From NCBI GenBank assembly GCA_964537895.1, contig CAZIDK010000004.1, positions 1-62,052 on the forward strand: 62,052 nt of DNA, given 5' to 3'. The number at the start of each line of letters is the position of its first letter. The stretch's first letter is position 1. Shown piece after piece: positions 44,306 through 53,998 of this stretch. The DNA comes from an uncultured Gammaproteobacteria bacterium (GTDB taxonomy: Bacteria > Patescibacteriota > Microgenomatia > Levybacterales > UBA12049). The notes below the pieces were generated by a model, which saw nothing but the letters and a program-made list of their open reading frames with translations, was not told where the DNA came from and searched no databases. The translations under genes were made by a program, and so were the position numbers.

Positions 44306-45571
44306 TCAAAGAAAGTTAAAGGCGTTAGGAAAAAATAAAGAGATAAAATACAATGCAGATGCTACTGAAATAACTCCAAAAATAATCATAACTATCATAT
44401 TTGTAAATCTTCCGTTTGAGTATTCTCCAAGAATTTTTTTGTCATTAGAAAGAATATACATAAAGACAAAAATAGGTAAAAGTAAAACTGCGTTTAAAGC
44501 TTGTGTAAGAAAAAGAATATTAATAAGGGGGACAAAAGGAAGGATAACAAGTAAGACTCCGATAATTAAAGAGGCAGCAAAAAGTCCATAGAATTGCGGC
44601 GCTTCTTTAAGTTTATAATTAAGTCCCGATTCAAGTCCGAATGCTTCGGTTATAACGTAAGAAGTTGAAATAGGAACTAGTACTGCTCCAAAAAGCGAAG
44701 CATTTAAAAACCCAAAAGCAAAAAGAGTTGACGCAAATTCTCCGGCTAAAGGCTGCAGCGCTAAAGCAGCGTCTTTTGCATCAGTAATTTGTATTCCTTT
44801 GGCAAAAAAAACTTCTGCTGTAACTACTATTATAAAGAAAGCAATTATATGAGTTAAAAAACTTCCTAAAATTACGTCTACTCTTTCTATTTTTAAATCG
44901 TGCTTAGATAGTTTTTTATCTACAACGTAATTTTGGATGAAAAACTGCCCCCAGGGAGTAATGGTTGTTCCTATAACTGCAATAACAACAAGCAAAAAAG
45001 TTGCGTTAAGGGAAAAGCTGGGCGTTACAAGACTTTGGAAAGCCTGTGACCAATCCGGTTTTATGATTAATGCGGAAACAAAATAAGCGATATAAAAAGT
45101 AATTAAAAGAAGAAAAAGGCGTTCCAGTTTTCTAAAAGTTCCTTTAGTTACTATAATAAATATCAAAAGTGCTGCAATTGGCAGTGAAACAAAGCGCGGT
45201 ACGTTAAATATTTCTAAAGATGCGGCAACTCCTGCGAACTCTGCCGCAATTGTTCCAATATTTGCTATAAAAAGAACTACCATGACAAAAGTTGTCCAGC
45301 GAATGCCGAATTTCTCCCGAATTAACGAACCGAGCCCTTTTCCCGTTACAAGTCCCATTCTTGCCCCGATTTCCTGGGTAATTGCAAGAGAAAAACCCGT
45401 TAATACTAATACCCAGAGAATTGAGTAACCAAAAGAAGCTCCTGCAATTGAATAGGTTGTTATTCCTCCAGCATCGTTATCAACGGAGCCTGAAATAATA
45501 CCTGGTCCCATTATTGCCAAAAAAGGAATAATGAGTAAAAATCTCTTTTTTACTCTTTTAAATAAATTCAT
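44306..45571 (-). CDS. NRAMP/SLC11-family transporter, non-canonical metal site
   Basis: GPGIISGSVDNDAGGITTYSIAGASFGYSILW has DAGG in place of DPGN. GTTITPW replaces the MPH segment. Overlaps the upstream gene by 14 nt. Confidence 0.85.
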   Translation of the reverse strand: MNLFKRVKKRFLLIIPFLAIMGPGIISGSVDNDAGGITTYSIAGASFGYSILWVLVLTGFSLAITQEIGARMGLVTGKGLGSLIREKFGIRWTTFVMVVLFIANIGTIAAEFAGVAASLEIFNVPRFVSLPIAALLIFIIVTKGTFRKLERLFLLLITFYIAYFVSALIIKPDWSQAFQSLVTPSFSLNATFLLVVIAVIGTTITPWGQFFIQNYVVDKKLSKHDLKIERVDVILGSFLTHIIAFFIIVVTAEVFFAKGIQITDAKDAALALQPLAGEFASTLFAFGFLNASLFGAVLVPISTSYVITEAFGLESGLNYKLKEAPQFYGLFAASLIIGVLLVILPFVPLINILFLTQALNAVLLLPIFVFMYILSNDKKILGEYSNGRFTNMIVMIIFGVISVASALYFISLFFPNAFNFL

Positions 45572-46745
45572 CTGTTTTGGTTCTTTCTTCTATTTTGCTA
45601 AGTACGGTGTCTACGGTTACTGCGCCGATAGGTTTCTTTTCCTTGTCAACAACCGGAAGGATTCTTAGGTTGTATTGACTGAATATTTTTATGATTTGGT
45701 TAAGGTCAACATTTGGGTAAACAAATTTTCTTTCCGAAACAATGTCCTTTGTAAGGGCAAGAGGGTCACAGTCTAAAATGTCTTTTGTATATAAAACTCC
45801 AATCAGCTTGCTGTTTCCGTTGGTGACAAGTATTGTTTCGGGTTTGGGGGTTTGATTATATAGTTCGTTGTAAACCTCTTTTACAGTTTTATCTCCGTCT
45901 ACGGAGTAGTAGATAACATTCATTAGTCCTCCGGCAGTATCGTTGCCGAAATCAAGCAGTCCTTCGACCCTTTCCGCTTTTTCATTTCCCAATAAGCTTA
46001 ATATCTCCCTTATTCTTAAGGGATTTAATTTATAAAAAAGATCTGCGATTTCCGTTACGCGCATTTTATCGACTATTCTTTTTAGAGGAGAAAGAGGTAG
46101 CTGTTCGAGGATTGCTTCCTGGGTTTTATAATCGGCTTCTTCAATGGCCATGACCGCCTTATCCGTATCAAGGCTTTCGACAATTCCAAGTCTCTCCTTA
46201 TTTCCCGCTTCTTCCAGGATGTCTGCTAATTCGCTGGGGTGCAAGGAGTTTAGATTGCTTTGTGTTAGCTTAATTCTTACATTGCCTGTTTGATAGTCAA
46301 AGGCCTCTATCATTTGCCAAGGTAGTATTTTGGCTTTACTTCTTATAACAAAACCTATTCCGAGTCTTCTGACAAGACCTGCAAAGCCTATGTCTATGCC
46401 AACCACTTTTGTTTCTCCGTTATTTTCCAGCAAAACGTCATTTACCCGAACGAGTCTTTTCCCGTCGATATCGATTACTTGTTTGTCTAAAAGATCTTCG
46501 TTAAGGTAAAAATCTTTCTCGTCGTAGGGTAGAAACGGAGTTTTTTCGGATTTCAGGACTATTCGGTCTTTATTAAGGTCGATTACCGAGGGAGAAACCG
46601 TTATTTTTTTATTGTCTTTTGTAATAACGATTTTAGACAGAGAAGGATTTTGATAATTTTCAAAAACAGCCATATCCGTAATTTTTCCATACAGTTCTTT
46701 TCCATAGTACACCTTTTTATTTAATAGTTGACTTAAATAGATCAT
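45558..46745 (-). CDS. stand-alone MgtE-type cytosolic module (PRC-barrel-like N-terminus, MgtE_N, CBS pair) without a transmembrane domain
   Basis: LHPSELADILEE, DTAGGLM, and two CBS-like repeats ending PVVDKEKKPIGAVTVDTVL. No hydrophobic C-terminal domain. A TTGACA-18-TACAAT promoter ends 9 nt upstream. Confidence 0.8.
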   Translation of the reverse strand: MIYLSQLLNKKVYYGKELYGKITDMAVFENYQNPSLSKIVITKDNKKITVSPSVIDLNKDRIVLKSEKTPFLPYDEKDFYLNEDLLDKQVIDIDGKRLVRVNDVLLENNGETKVVGIDIGFAGLVRRLGIGFVIRSKAKILPWQMIEAFDYQTGNVRIKLTQSNLNSLHPSELADILEEAGNKERLGIVESLDTDKAVMAIEEADYKTQEAILEQLPLSPLKRIVDKMRVTEIADLFYKLNPLRIREILSLLGNEKAERVEGLLDFGNDTAGGLMNVIYYSVDGDKTVKEVYNELYNQTPKPETILVTNGNSKLIGVLYTKDILDCDPLALTKDIVSERKFVYPNVDLNQIIKIFSQYNLRILPVVDKEKKPIGAVTVDTVLSKIEERTKTDEFI

Positions 46746-46890
46746 GATGTTTTAATTGTAATTACGCCGGATTTGGTATGTCAACCCCGTAAACACTTGA
46801 CCCCGCCAGATTCTTACTTTCTCCCGAGGTTTACATCCTCGCGTCGAAAGGGCGAATCTGCAAGGGTTTGCGGGATTACACAATAACCCC

Positions 46891-46920
46891 TTGACAAGCT
46901 GGCAGGTGGTGTGGTAGAGT
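46891..46920 (+). promoter_or_regulatory. lon promoter (TTGACA, 18 nt, extended -10 TGgTAGAGT)
   Basis: TTGACA at 46891-46896 and TAGAGT at 46915-46920 preceded by TG. Confidence 0.5.
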
Positions 46921-46939
46921 GCTAATGCAAACGGCCAAT

Positions 46940-49309
46940 ATGGATAAATTCGTACCTATAATTCCAATAAGAGACGGGATTATTTTCCCCAATACCGATT
47001 CGGTGCTAACCTTTGGTAGACCCAAGAGCTTGGCAGCCTTAGAGTATGCTTTCCACAATGATCGGACAGTTGGATTTGTCCTTCAAAAAAACGCAAAGCT
47101 AAACGAACCAACGCCTTCCGATCTGCACTCTTTTGGCACACTATCCCATATTGAGCGCATGATTAAAAGTGATGGCGAAATAAATGCTCAAGTAAGAGGA
47201 CTTTCCAGGATAAAAATCCAAGATTATCAAGATAAACACCCCTTTTTGCTGGGTAAAGTCGTAGAGGTTCCCGATGTTTTACGCGATACTCCCGAAGTTA
47301 AGGCCTTATGTAATCATTTAACAAACGAATTCAGAAAAGCCATGAATTTAGGTAAATTTGTTGATTTTCTGGTCTTTATGAACATTATGTCTGAAAACAC
47401 TCCGTCAAGCTTAGCTGATTTGGTTGCTTCGGTTTTGGATTTAAAACCGGCGGAAAAACAATTGCTTTTGGAAGACGTAGATGTTAAAAGGAGACTTGAA
47501 AAAGTAACAGAATTTTTGGCAAAAGAAATAAAAGTTCTTGAGATAGAACGAAGAATAGCTTCGAAAACTCAAGAAAGATTTGAAAAAGGCGCAAGAGAGG
47601 TAATGCTTAGGGAGAGGTTAAAGACAATAGAAAAAGAGCTAGGCGAATCCGATGAAGACAGCGAAATAAAGGAGCTTTTGGTAAAAGTTAAAAATGCCAA
47701 AATGCCGGAAGAAATAGAGGAAAAAACCAGAAAAGAGATAAAAAAATTGTCTCAAATGAATCAATTTAATCCCGAAGCAGGCTATGTAAGAAATTATCTG
47801 GATTGGCTTTTAAGTCTTCCTTGGGGCGTTGAAAGCAAAAATACCGTTAACATTAAAGCCGCCGAAAAAATACTTAACGAAGACCACTACGGATTGGAAA
47901 AGGTTAAAGAGCGAATAGTCGAATATTTGGCGGTTCATAAACTGGCCGGAAAAATGAAAGGACCGATACTTTGTTTTGTCGGACCGCCAGGAGTGGGTAA
48001 AACCTCAATAGGCAAGTCAATTGCAAGAGCCTTAGACAGAAAATTTGTAAAAGTATCTCTTGGCGGCATAAGAGACGAGGCGGAAATAAGAGGCCACAGG
48101 AGAACGTATGTAGGCGCTTTACCCGGCCGCATAATTCAGGGAATTAAAGATGCAGGTACAAAAAATCCTGTGTTTATGCTCGACGAAATAGATAAGGTGG
48201 GGGCTGATTTCAGGGGCGATCCTTCCTCGGCTCTTTTAGAAGCTTTAGATCCGGAACAGAATCATGCCTTTTCCGACCACTATTTGGAAGTTCCATTCGA
48301 TTTGTCCGACGTAATGTTTGTTACAACAGCGAATGTTTTAGATACTATTCCTCCGGCTCTTCGAGACAGGCTCGAAGTAATTCAATTTGCAGGCTACACA
48401 CAGGAAGAAAAATTCAGGATTGTTAAAGACTTCTTGCTTAAAAAACAAATGGAAAGTCACGGATTAACAAATTCAAGAGTGGAAATTACAGATAAAGCGA
48501 TACGTTTTATAATCGATCATTACACGAGGGAAGCCGGTGTGAGAAGTCTTGAGCGTCAAATGGCAGCCATATTTAGAAAAGTAGCCAAGACGGTTGTGGA
48601 AGGGAAAAAAGCAAAAGTTGTTGTAACCGAAAAATCAGTGCCAAAATTTTTGGGTCCGATTAAAGTAAGTTCAACTCTGATTGAGAAAAAAGACGAAGTA
48701 GGTATGTCAACGGGACTTGCCTGGACAGAAGCGGGAGGAGATGTGCTTTTTGTTGAAGTGGCTTTAATGCCGGGAAAAGGGGAATTGATAATGACAGGCC
48801 AACTTGGCGACATAATGAAAGAATCCTGTAGGGCAGCAATGAGCTATATAAGAGCAAGAGCCAAAGCTTTGGGACTTGATGAAAAGTTTTATCAAAAAAT
48901 TGATGTTCATGTTCACGTTCCGGAAGGTGCAGTTCCAAAAGACGGGCCGTCGGCAGGAATTGCCATAACTACCGCGATTTCTTCGGCTTTAACAAAAATT
49001 CCTATTAAAAGAACAGTTGCAATGACAGGCGAAATAACTTTAAGAGGAAGAGTTTTGGAAATTGGCGGTCTTAAAGAAAAAGTTATAGCGGCTCACAGAG
49101 CAGGGCTCAAAACCGTAATAATTCCAAAAGAAAATAAAAAAGACTTGGAAGATGTGCCAAAAGAAGTTTTGAAAGATTTAAATTTTATATTTGTTTCGCA
49201 CATGGATGAGGTTTTGGATGTTGCCTTAACAAGACCGGCGCATAAAGTTTCTCCTCCTGAGTTTCACGAGCGCCCGGTTCTCCGCGCAACTCCGCCCCAG
49301 GCAGACTAA
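46940..49309 (+). CDS. lon: ATP-dependent Lon protease (LonA)
   Basis: N-terminal [10 protein letters not shown], Walker [10 protein letters not shown], and the protease motif PKDGPSAG with catalytic Ser. ATG 46940 is preferred because ATG 46925 lies only 4 nt after the -10 box. Confidence 0.92.
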   Translation: MDKFVPIIPIRDGIIFPNTDSVLTFGRPKSLAALEYAFHNDRTVGFVLQKNAKLNEPTPSDLHSFGTLSHIERMIKSDGEINAQVRGLSRIKIQDYQDKHPFLLGKVVEVPDVLRDTPEVKALCNHLTNEFRKAMNLGKFVDFLVFMNIMSENTPSSLADLVASVLDLKPAEKQLLLEDVDVKRRLEKVTEFLAKEIKVLEIERRIASKTQERFEKGAREVMLRERLKTIEKELGESDEDSEIKELLVKVKNAKMPEEIEEKTRKEIKKLSQMNQFNPEAGYVRNYLDWLLSLPWGVESKNTVNIKAAEKILNEDHYGLEKVKERIVEYLAVHKLAGKMKGPILCFVGPPGVGKTSIGKSIARALDRKFVKVSLGGIRDEAEIRGHRRTYVGALPGRIIQGIKDAGTKNPVFMLDEIDKVGADFRGDPSSALLEALDPEQNHAFSDHYLEVPFDLSDVMFVTTANVLDTIPPALRDRLEVIQFAGYTQEEKFRIVKDFLLKKQMESHGLTNSRVEITDKAIRFIIDHYTREAGVRSLERQMAAIFRKVAKTVVEGKKAKVVVTEKSVPKFLGPIKVSSTLIEKKDEVGMSTGLAWTEAGGDVLFVEVALMPGKGELIMTGQLGDIMKESCRAAMSYIRARAKALGLDEKFYQKIDVHVHVPEGAVPKDGPSAGIAITTAISSALTKIPIKRTVAMTGEITLRGRVLEIGGLKEKVIAAHRAGLKTVIIPKENKKDLEDVPKEVLKDLNFIFVSHMDEVLDVALTRPAHKVSPPEFHERPVLRATPPQAD

Positions 49310-49373
49310 CGCTTACTTTAGCTACTTAGTACAAATCCACGAATACGAAGAGTGATACAATATAAAAAATATT

Positions 49374-51907
49374 GTGAAATTTAAAAAACAAACTATTTTA
49401 TCTCTTTTGCTTCTTGTTGCCGGAATAGTATCCATATTTTGGCAATTTTTCTTAAATAAATTATATCTATTCCCGGGTAATTATTTACTGGCGTGGTTTG
49501 AGCCTTACAAAAGTGAAAATTTTTCAGGAAATTTTATTTCTCTGGCACATAAGGCGATAGCACAAGATACCTTTAGGTTTATTTACCCTTTTAAAATTTT
49601 AGCTATAGAACTTATGAAGCATGGTCAGTTGCCGCTTTGGAACCCATATAACGGAAGCGGTATGCCGCTTCTTGCTTCAATTAACATTAGATACTTCGAC
49701 CCCTTTAATATTCTTTTTTTTGTTTTGCCAAACTATCTTTCGTGGACATTAATTATTGTAATCCAAACGCTACTGATAGGCGTTGGTACCTTTCTATACG
49801 GCAAAAGTATTAAATTAGATAATAAAGCCTCTTTTTTTGTAGCAGTAATTTTCACTTTATCGGGAGCTGTAATTACAAGAATTGTTTTTGCTCAATTCGC
49901 TCTTGGCATAGCCTTAATGCCATTTATGTTGTTCTTATTGGAGAGATACCGAGAAAATTCTCAAAAATATATCTTTTTATACTGGCTCCTGCCGTTGGCA
50001 TTCTTCTTGTTTCTACTCATTTTCAATATGCATTATATATTTTAGTTTTTGTTTGTTTTTATTGGATATTCAGACATAAAAATAAAGATTTTGCTAATGG
50101 TATAAGAAGATTTATTTCTCCTTTTCTATTTATTCTCTTAGGCCTAGGCTTGGCTTCGATTCAATTAATTCCCGCAATTGAACTTTTTAAATATGCCAAT
50201 TTAAATACGCAGTCTTCGTCTTTTATTTTTAATTCATTTCTTCTTCCCTTAAGTCATTTTGTAACAATTTTAATCCCAAATTACTATGGAAATCCCGCAA
50301 CATATAATTTTTGGGGAGTAAGCGACTATATAGAAACGGCTGTTTATATTGGAATTATCCCATCTCTTTTTGCTTTTTTTTCGATACTTAAGATTAAAGA
50401 GGATAAAAGTTCGTCTTTAATTAAATTTTATTTATTCATACTGGTTTTTACAATATTGATTAGCCTCAAATGGCCTTTTGCAACTTGGTTGTATGAATTG
50501 GATATACCGTTCTTATCAATAGGAGTTCCGACTAGAATTTTCTTTATAACTACATTCTCTTTGGCAGTATTGTCGGGATTCGGGTTTCAATATTGGTGTA
50601 AATCGCAGACTAGAAGAAAAAATCTTCTGATATTGCTTTTTATATTTACTTCTTTTGCGGCTTTGATATTTTTAGTTACCGTTTTAAATTTACAGGCAAG
50701 CTGTCTTGGAGTTGCTGATAATTGCCGCATTACTTCTTTAAGAAATGCCTCACTTGAATTATTGGGATTTGTCAGCGTGTTTATTTTAATTATGGTTTAT
50801 CTTTTGCCTAAACTAAGTAAAGCAAAATATAAATCCAGCACCTTTTTTTCGCGGAGTATTGACTCACGAGAAAAAAAATATAATGAAGCTAACCCACGCG
50901 GCAAGCCGCGGGGTTTTGAAAAGGTGCTGGATAAAGACGCTATTCCTGTAATTGTTATTTTTATTGCATACATGTTGGGTTTCTATAACAGCTATAAGTT
51001 TTTACCGTTTTCTCCTAAGGAAACGTTTTTTCCTAAAAATGATGTTATGGAAGCGGTGAGGCGCATTTCCGGTAACACGCGGATTTTTGGTATAGGAAGC
51101 GCGAATATAATTACCGATTTTGCCACATATTTCCGTTTTTATGACCCTCAATATACATACCCGGTTTATATTAAGCGTTATGGGGAACTTGTTAGTTTTG
51201 CAAATACCGGAGTTTTCCCGCCTCCTTTATTAAGAAGCGATGTCGAGGTTATAAAAGACGCCTCCTTAAGCGGTGCAATGGAATTTAGGCGAAATAGACT
51301 GATGTCTCTTTTAAACGTTAACTACCTTATTTTTAAAAAAGACGAAATTCCAATTAATGTTACGAAAGACACAGTAGTATGGGAAAACGATAAATGGTAT
51401 GTAAAGGAACGTTCGCAGCGGCTTCCCCGCGCATATCTGGTAAATAAATTAGAAATTGTCAAAGAAGAAGATAAGGAACTTAATTTGCTTTTCAATCCGT
51501 CCCTTGACCCAAACACAACAGCAGTTGTAGAACAAAAGATCTTTGGAATAAGAAAGCTAAAGCAATCTGATAAGCAGGGCAGGGCGATTATTAAGGAGTA
51601 TAGAGCAAACAATGTGTTAATCCAAACACATTCTTCGTCTGACAGCTTCCTTGTCTTATCTGACAATTATTATCCCGGTTGGAAGGCATATGTAGATGGT
51701 AAAGAAGCCCCAATATATAGAACAAATTATACATTCCGCGGTGTAAAAATTCCTTCCGGAATTCACAGCGTAAATTTTGTATACGATCCTGTTTCTTTTA
51801 AAATTGGCGCATTACTTTCAATTGCGTTGGGTTTGTTATATATTTTGGCAATTTTTATTTTATTCAAAAAACGTATTTACCCTACACCACAATGCTCCAT
51901 TCGTTAG
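49374..51907 (+). pseudogene. YfhO-family GT-C membrane protein interrupted by a single frameshift
   Basis: ORFs 49374-50045 and 50150-51907 are collinear with the paralog at 56740-59121. The reading frame of the second ORF is open back to about nt 49960. The frames rejoin if the A5 run at 49963-49967 is read as A6. Confidence 0.75.
50892..50926 (-). repeat. 35-nt GC-rich hairpin repeat, copy 2 (inverted relative to 546-580), in frame inside the YfhO-like ORF
   Basis: ACCCACGCGGCAAGCCGCGGGGTTTTGAAAAGGTG, encoding NPRGKPRGFEKV. Confidence 0.75.
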
Positions 51908-52035
51908 AGCGAGGGTTAATAAAAAATACGCAAAGCGAAATTTCCCATGCCCCGACCATAAGGTCGTGGGTGCAGGGTTTACAGAAGAAAAATAAAAGAA
52001 CAAGCGGACTAATTTTGCAAATATTGATTTTATTG

Positions 52036-52112
52036 TGGTACCCCGTATGGGAGTCGAACCCATGATCTCAACCTTGAGAAGGTTGCGTCCTAGACCACTA
52101 GACGAACGGGGC
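52036..52112 (-). tRNA. tRNA-Glu (anticodon CUC), CCA encoded
   Basis: Reverse complement: GCCCCGT acceptor, TCTAGTGGTCTAGGA D arm, anticodon stem CAACC/GGTTG with loop TTCTCAA, T arm with GGTTCGACTCC, and 3' ACCA. Confidence 0.9.
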
Positions 52113-52139
52113 ATGATTGAATTATATCACAACTTGAGG

Positions 52140-53150
52140 CTATTCTTCTATTTCCAGTCTTGTAAAATACGGAGTGACTTCTTTTTTAATAAGTTTTACA
52201 GGTATAAATCCCATATAATCTTCGGAAGCAGAGTAGCTATGTGTCAATTCATGGATAGTTGCAAAGGGACTGATAGCAAGACCCGTTGCAGTTACAACAG
52301 CAAGGTTTTGTACAAGAAGACCGATATCCATTCTACCGTTTAGGCCATAGATAGCAATAGTTTCAGCAAAAAATAATGGAAGAAGACCAGCAGACACTTC
52401 TGTAATACCAGGACTTCTGAATACTCCTCCGGCTAGAACAGAAACTGCACAGTTTTTGATACTTCCTTTAACCGGACCGTCCGTTCTTTCGACTTCTAGT
52501 TTGTTGAGCCATTTTCCAATATCTGGTTTTTTAAATCTTTTTTTACCTAATTTTATAGCTAATTCATTGATGTCTGAACAGCCTGAAAATTCTTTTGTAT
52601 CTGCAATTAATTCATTGAGAGGGGCTGTATCGTGTTGGAATAAACCTCGATATAGAGCTTGTCCAAAATCTTCGCCATTTTGTTCTGCCATATATTCTAT
52701 TCTTGCCATTTCCCTATATGTCCCAGCAAGCATAATTCCATAAGTGGCAAGATCCCCAAAAGCGGCATACGCTCGTGCTACTGCGTTAACAACTGGAATG
52801 TCTGTATTTCTGTCAATGAAGTCCTTAGTTGCTATATTTGTCGCATATTCTGTTATTCTTCCAATGCCTACAGAGAAGTCGTGTTCGTCTTCTTTTGCAA
52901 CACCTTCCGGAAATCTTTCTGCATAAACGTATGCACTAGATGGGCTTTTTGGTTTGTCAAAAATAACAGACCATGTAAGGATTGGTTCTTGGGTATCTTC
53001 CAATCCGAAAGTTCTTACAATCCTTTCATGTAAAAATTTTCCGGTTCTAGGTAACTCAAGCGGTCTTGAAGATATGCCTCTATTAGCGTTCCTCCAGTGT
53101 TCTTGATTTTCTTCGATATAATTACTTGGTGATGGTTGTTCCGCTGACAT
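52140..53150 (-). CDS. hypothetical protein with C-terminal HExxH motif (possible zinc metallopeptidase)
   Basis: ATIHELTHSYS near the C-terminus. ATG at 53150 (MSAEQPS). No other recognisable motif. Confidence 0.7.
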   Translation of the reverse strand: MSAEQPSPSNYIEENQEHWRNANRGISSRPLELPRTGKFLHERIVRTFGLEDTQEPILTWSVIFDKPKSPSSAYVYAERFPEGVAKEDEHDFSVGIGRITEYATNIATKDFIDRNTDIPVVNAVARAYAAFGDLATYGIMLAGTYREMARIEYMAEQNGEDFGQALYRGLFQHDTAPLNELIADTKEFSGCSDINELAIKLGKKRFKKPDIGKWLNKLEVERTDGPVKGSIKNCAVSVLAGGVFRSPGITEVSAGLLPLFFAETIAIYGLNGRMDIGLLVQNLAVVTATGLAISPFATIHELTHSYSASEDYMGFIPVKLIKKEVTPYFTRLEIEE

Positions 53151-53239
53151 ATTATAGAGGCAGTATACCTTTATAGGATAAATACATAAATTTGTCAACG
53201 AGTTTGTTAAGAGATTTTTTTTCTTGTATAATCTTTAGT

Positions 53240-53998
53240 GTGAATAAAGTTTATATATCTATAGTAATTCCTTCATATAATGAAATGGCAAATCTTCAAA
53301 AGGGGGTTTTAGATAAAATAGAGCATTTTTTTAGTAAACAAAAGTATTCTTATGAAATAATTATTGTTGATGACGGATCAGATGACGGAAGTGTTGAATT
53401 TGTCGAAAAATTTGTAAAGGAAAATCCAAAATTCAAAATAATTAAAAATCAGCATCTTGGTAAAGCCGGAGCAGTAACCGCGGGAATGCTTAATGCAAAA
53501 GGAGAATATGTTCTTTTCACAGATATGGACCAGGCAACTCCTATTGAAGAACTTAATAAACTTCTTCCGTTTGCTGAAAAATACGATATTGTAATTGGAA
53601 GCAGAAATTCACATAGAAAAGGAGCACCGTGGACAAGGCTTTTAATGGCAAAAGGAATGATTATGTTAAGATCAACAATAGTTGGGGTAAAGGGAATAAG
53701 CGATACACAATGCGGATTTAAACTTTTTAGAAAAGACGTTTCAGACACATTATTTACAAAACTTAAGAATTTTCATCATGGATATAAGAAAATATCGGGT
53801 TCTTCAGTAAAAGCAGGTTTTGATGTTGAACTTTTATTTTTAGCTCAAAAACTGGGATATAAAATTAAAGAGGTTCCCGTTAACTGGCTTTATGTAGAAT
53901 CAAGGAGAGTAAGTCCTATTAAAGATTCTATAGAGGCTTTGGAAGACTTGGTAATTATAAAAATAAACGATGTTTTGGGAAAATATAAAAACCTATGA
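53240..53998 (+). CDS. GT2 polyprenol-phosphate glycosyltransferase (dolichyl-phosphate glucosyl/mannosyltransferase-like)
   Basis: ISIVIPSYNE, IIVDDGSDDGS, TDMDQATP, DTQCGFK. GTG at 53240 lies 7 nt after a TATAAT box (53227-53232). Confidence 0.8.
   Translation: MNKVYISIVIPSYNEMANLQKGVLDKIEHFFSKQKYSYEIIIVDDGSDDGSVEFVEKFVKENPKFKIIKNQHLGKAGAVTAGMLNAKGEYVLFTDMDQATPIEELNKLLPFAEKYDIVIGSRNSHRKGAPWTRLLMAKGMIMLRSTIVGVKGISDTQCGFKLFRKDVSDTLFTKLKNFHHGYKKISGSSVKAGFDVELLFLAQKLGYKIKEVPVNWLYVESRRVSPIKDSIEALEDLVIIKINDVLGKYKNL

Noticed and set aside
46746-46880. Possible yybP-ykoY (Mn) or M-box riboswitch upstream of the MgtE-sensor/NRAMP operon, suggested by GUUGACAUAC on the minus strand
   Set aside because: The TTGACA is better explained as a -35 box, with an 18-nt spacer to TACAAT and only 9 nt to the ATG, so there is no leader to fold. 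The other conserved yybP-ykoY element (GGGGAGUAG) and the closing helix are absent. The upstream GC-rich sequence matches the dispersed repeat words.
46925-46939. Earlier lon start codons (GTG 46919, ATG 46925)
   Set aside because: They lie within or only 4 nt after the predicted extended -10 box. A transcript would probably start downstream of them, and ATG 46940 gives a typical Lon N-terminus.
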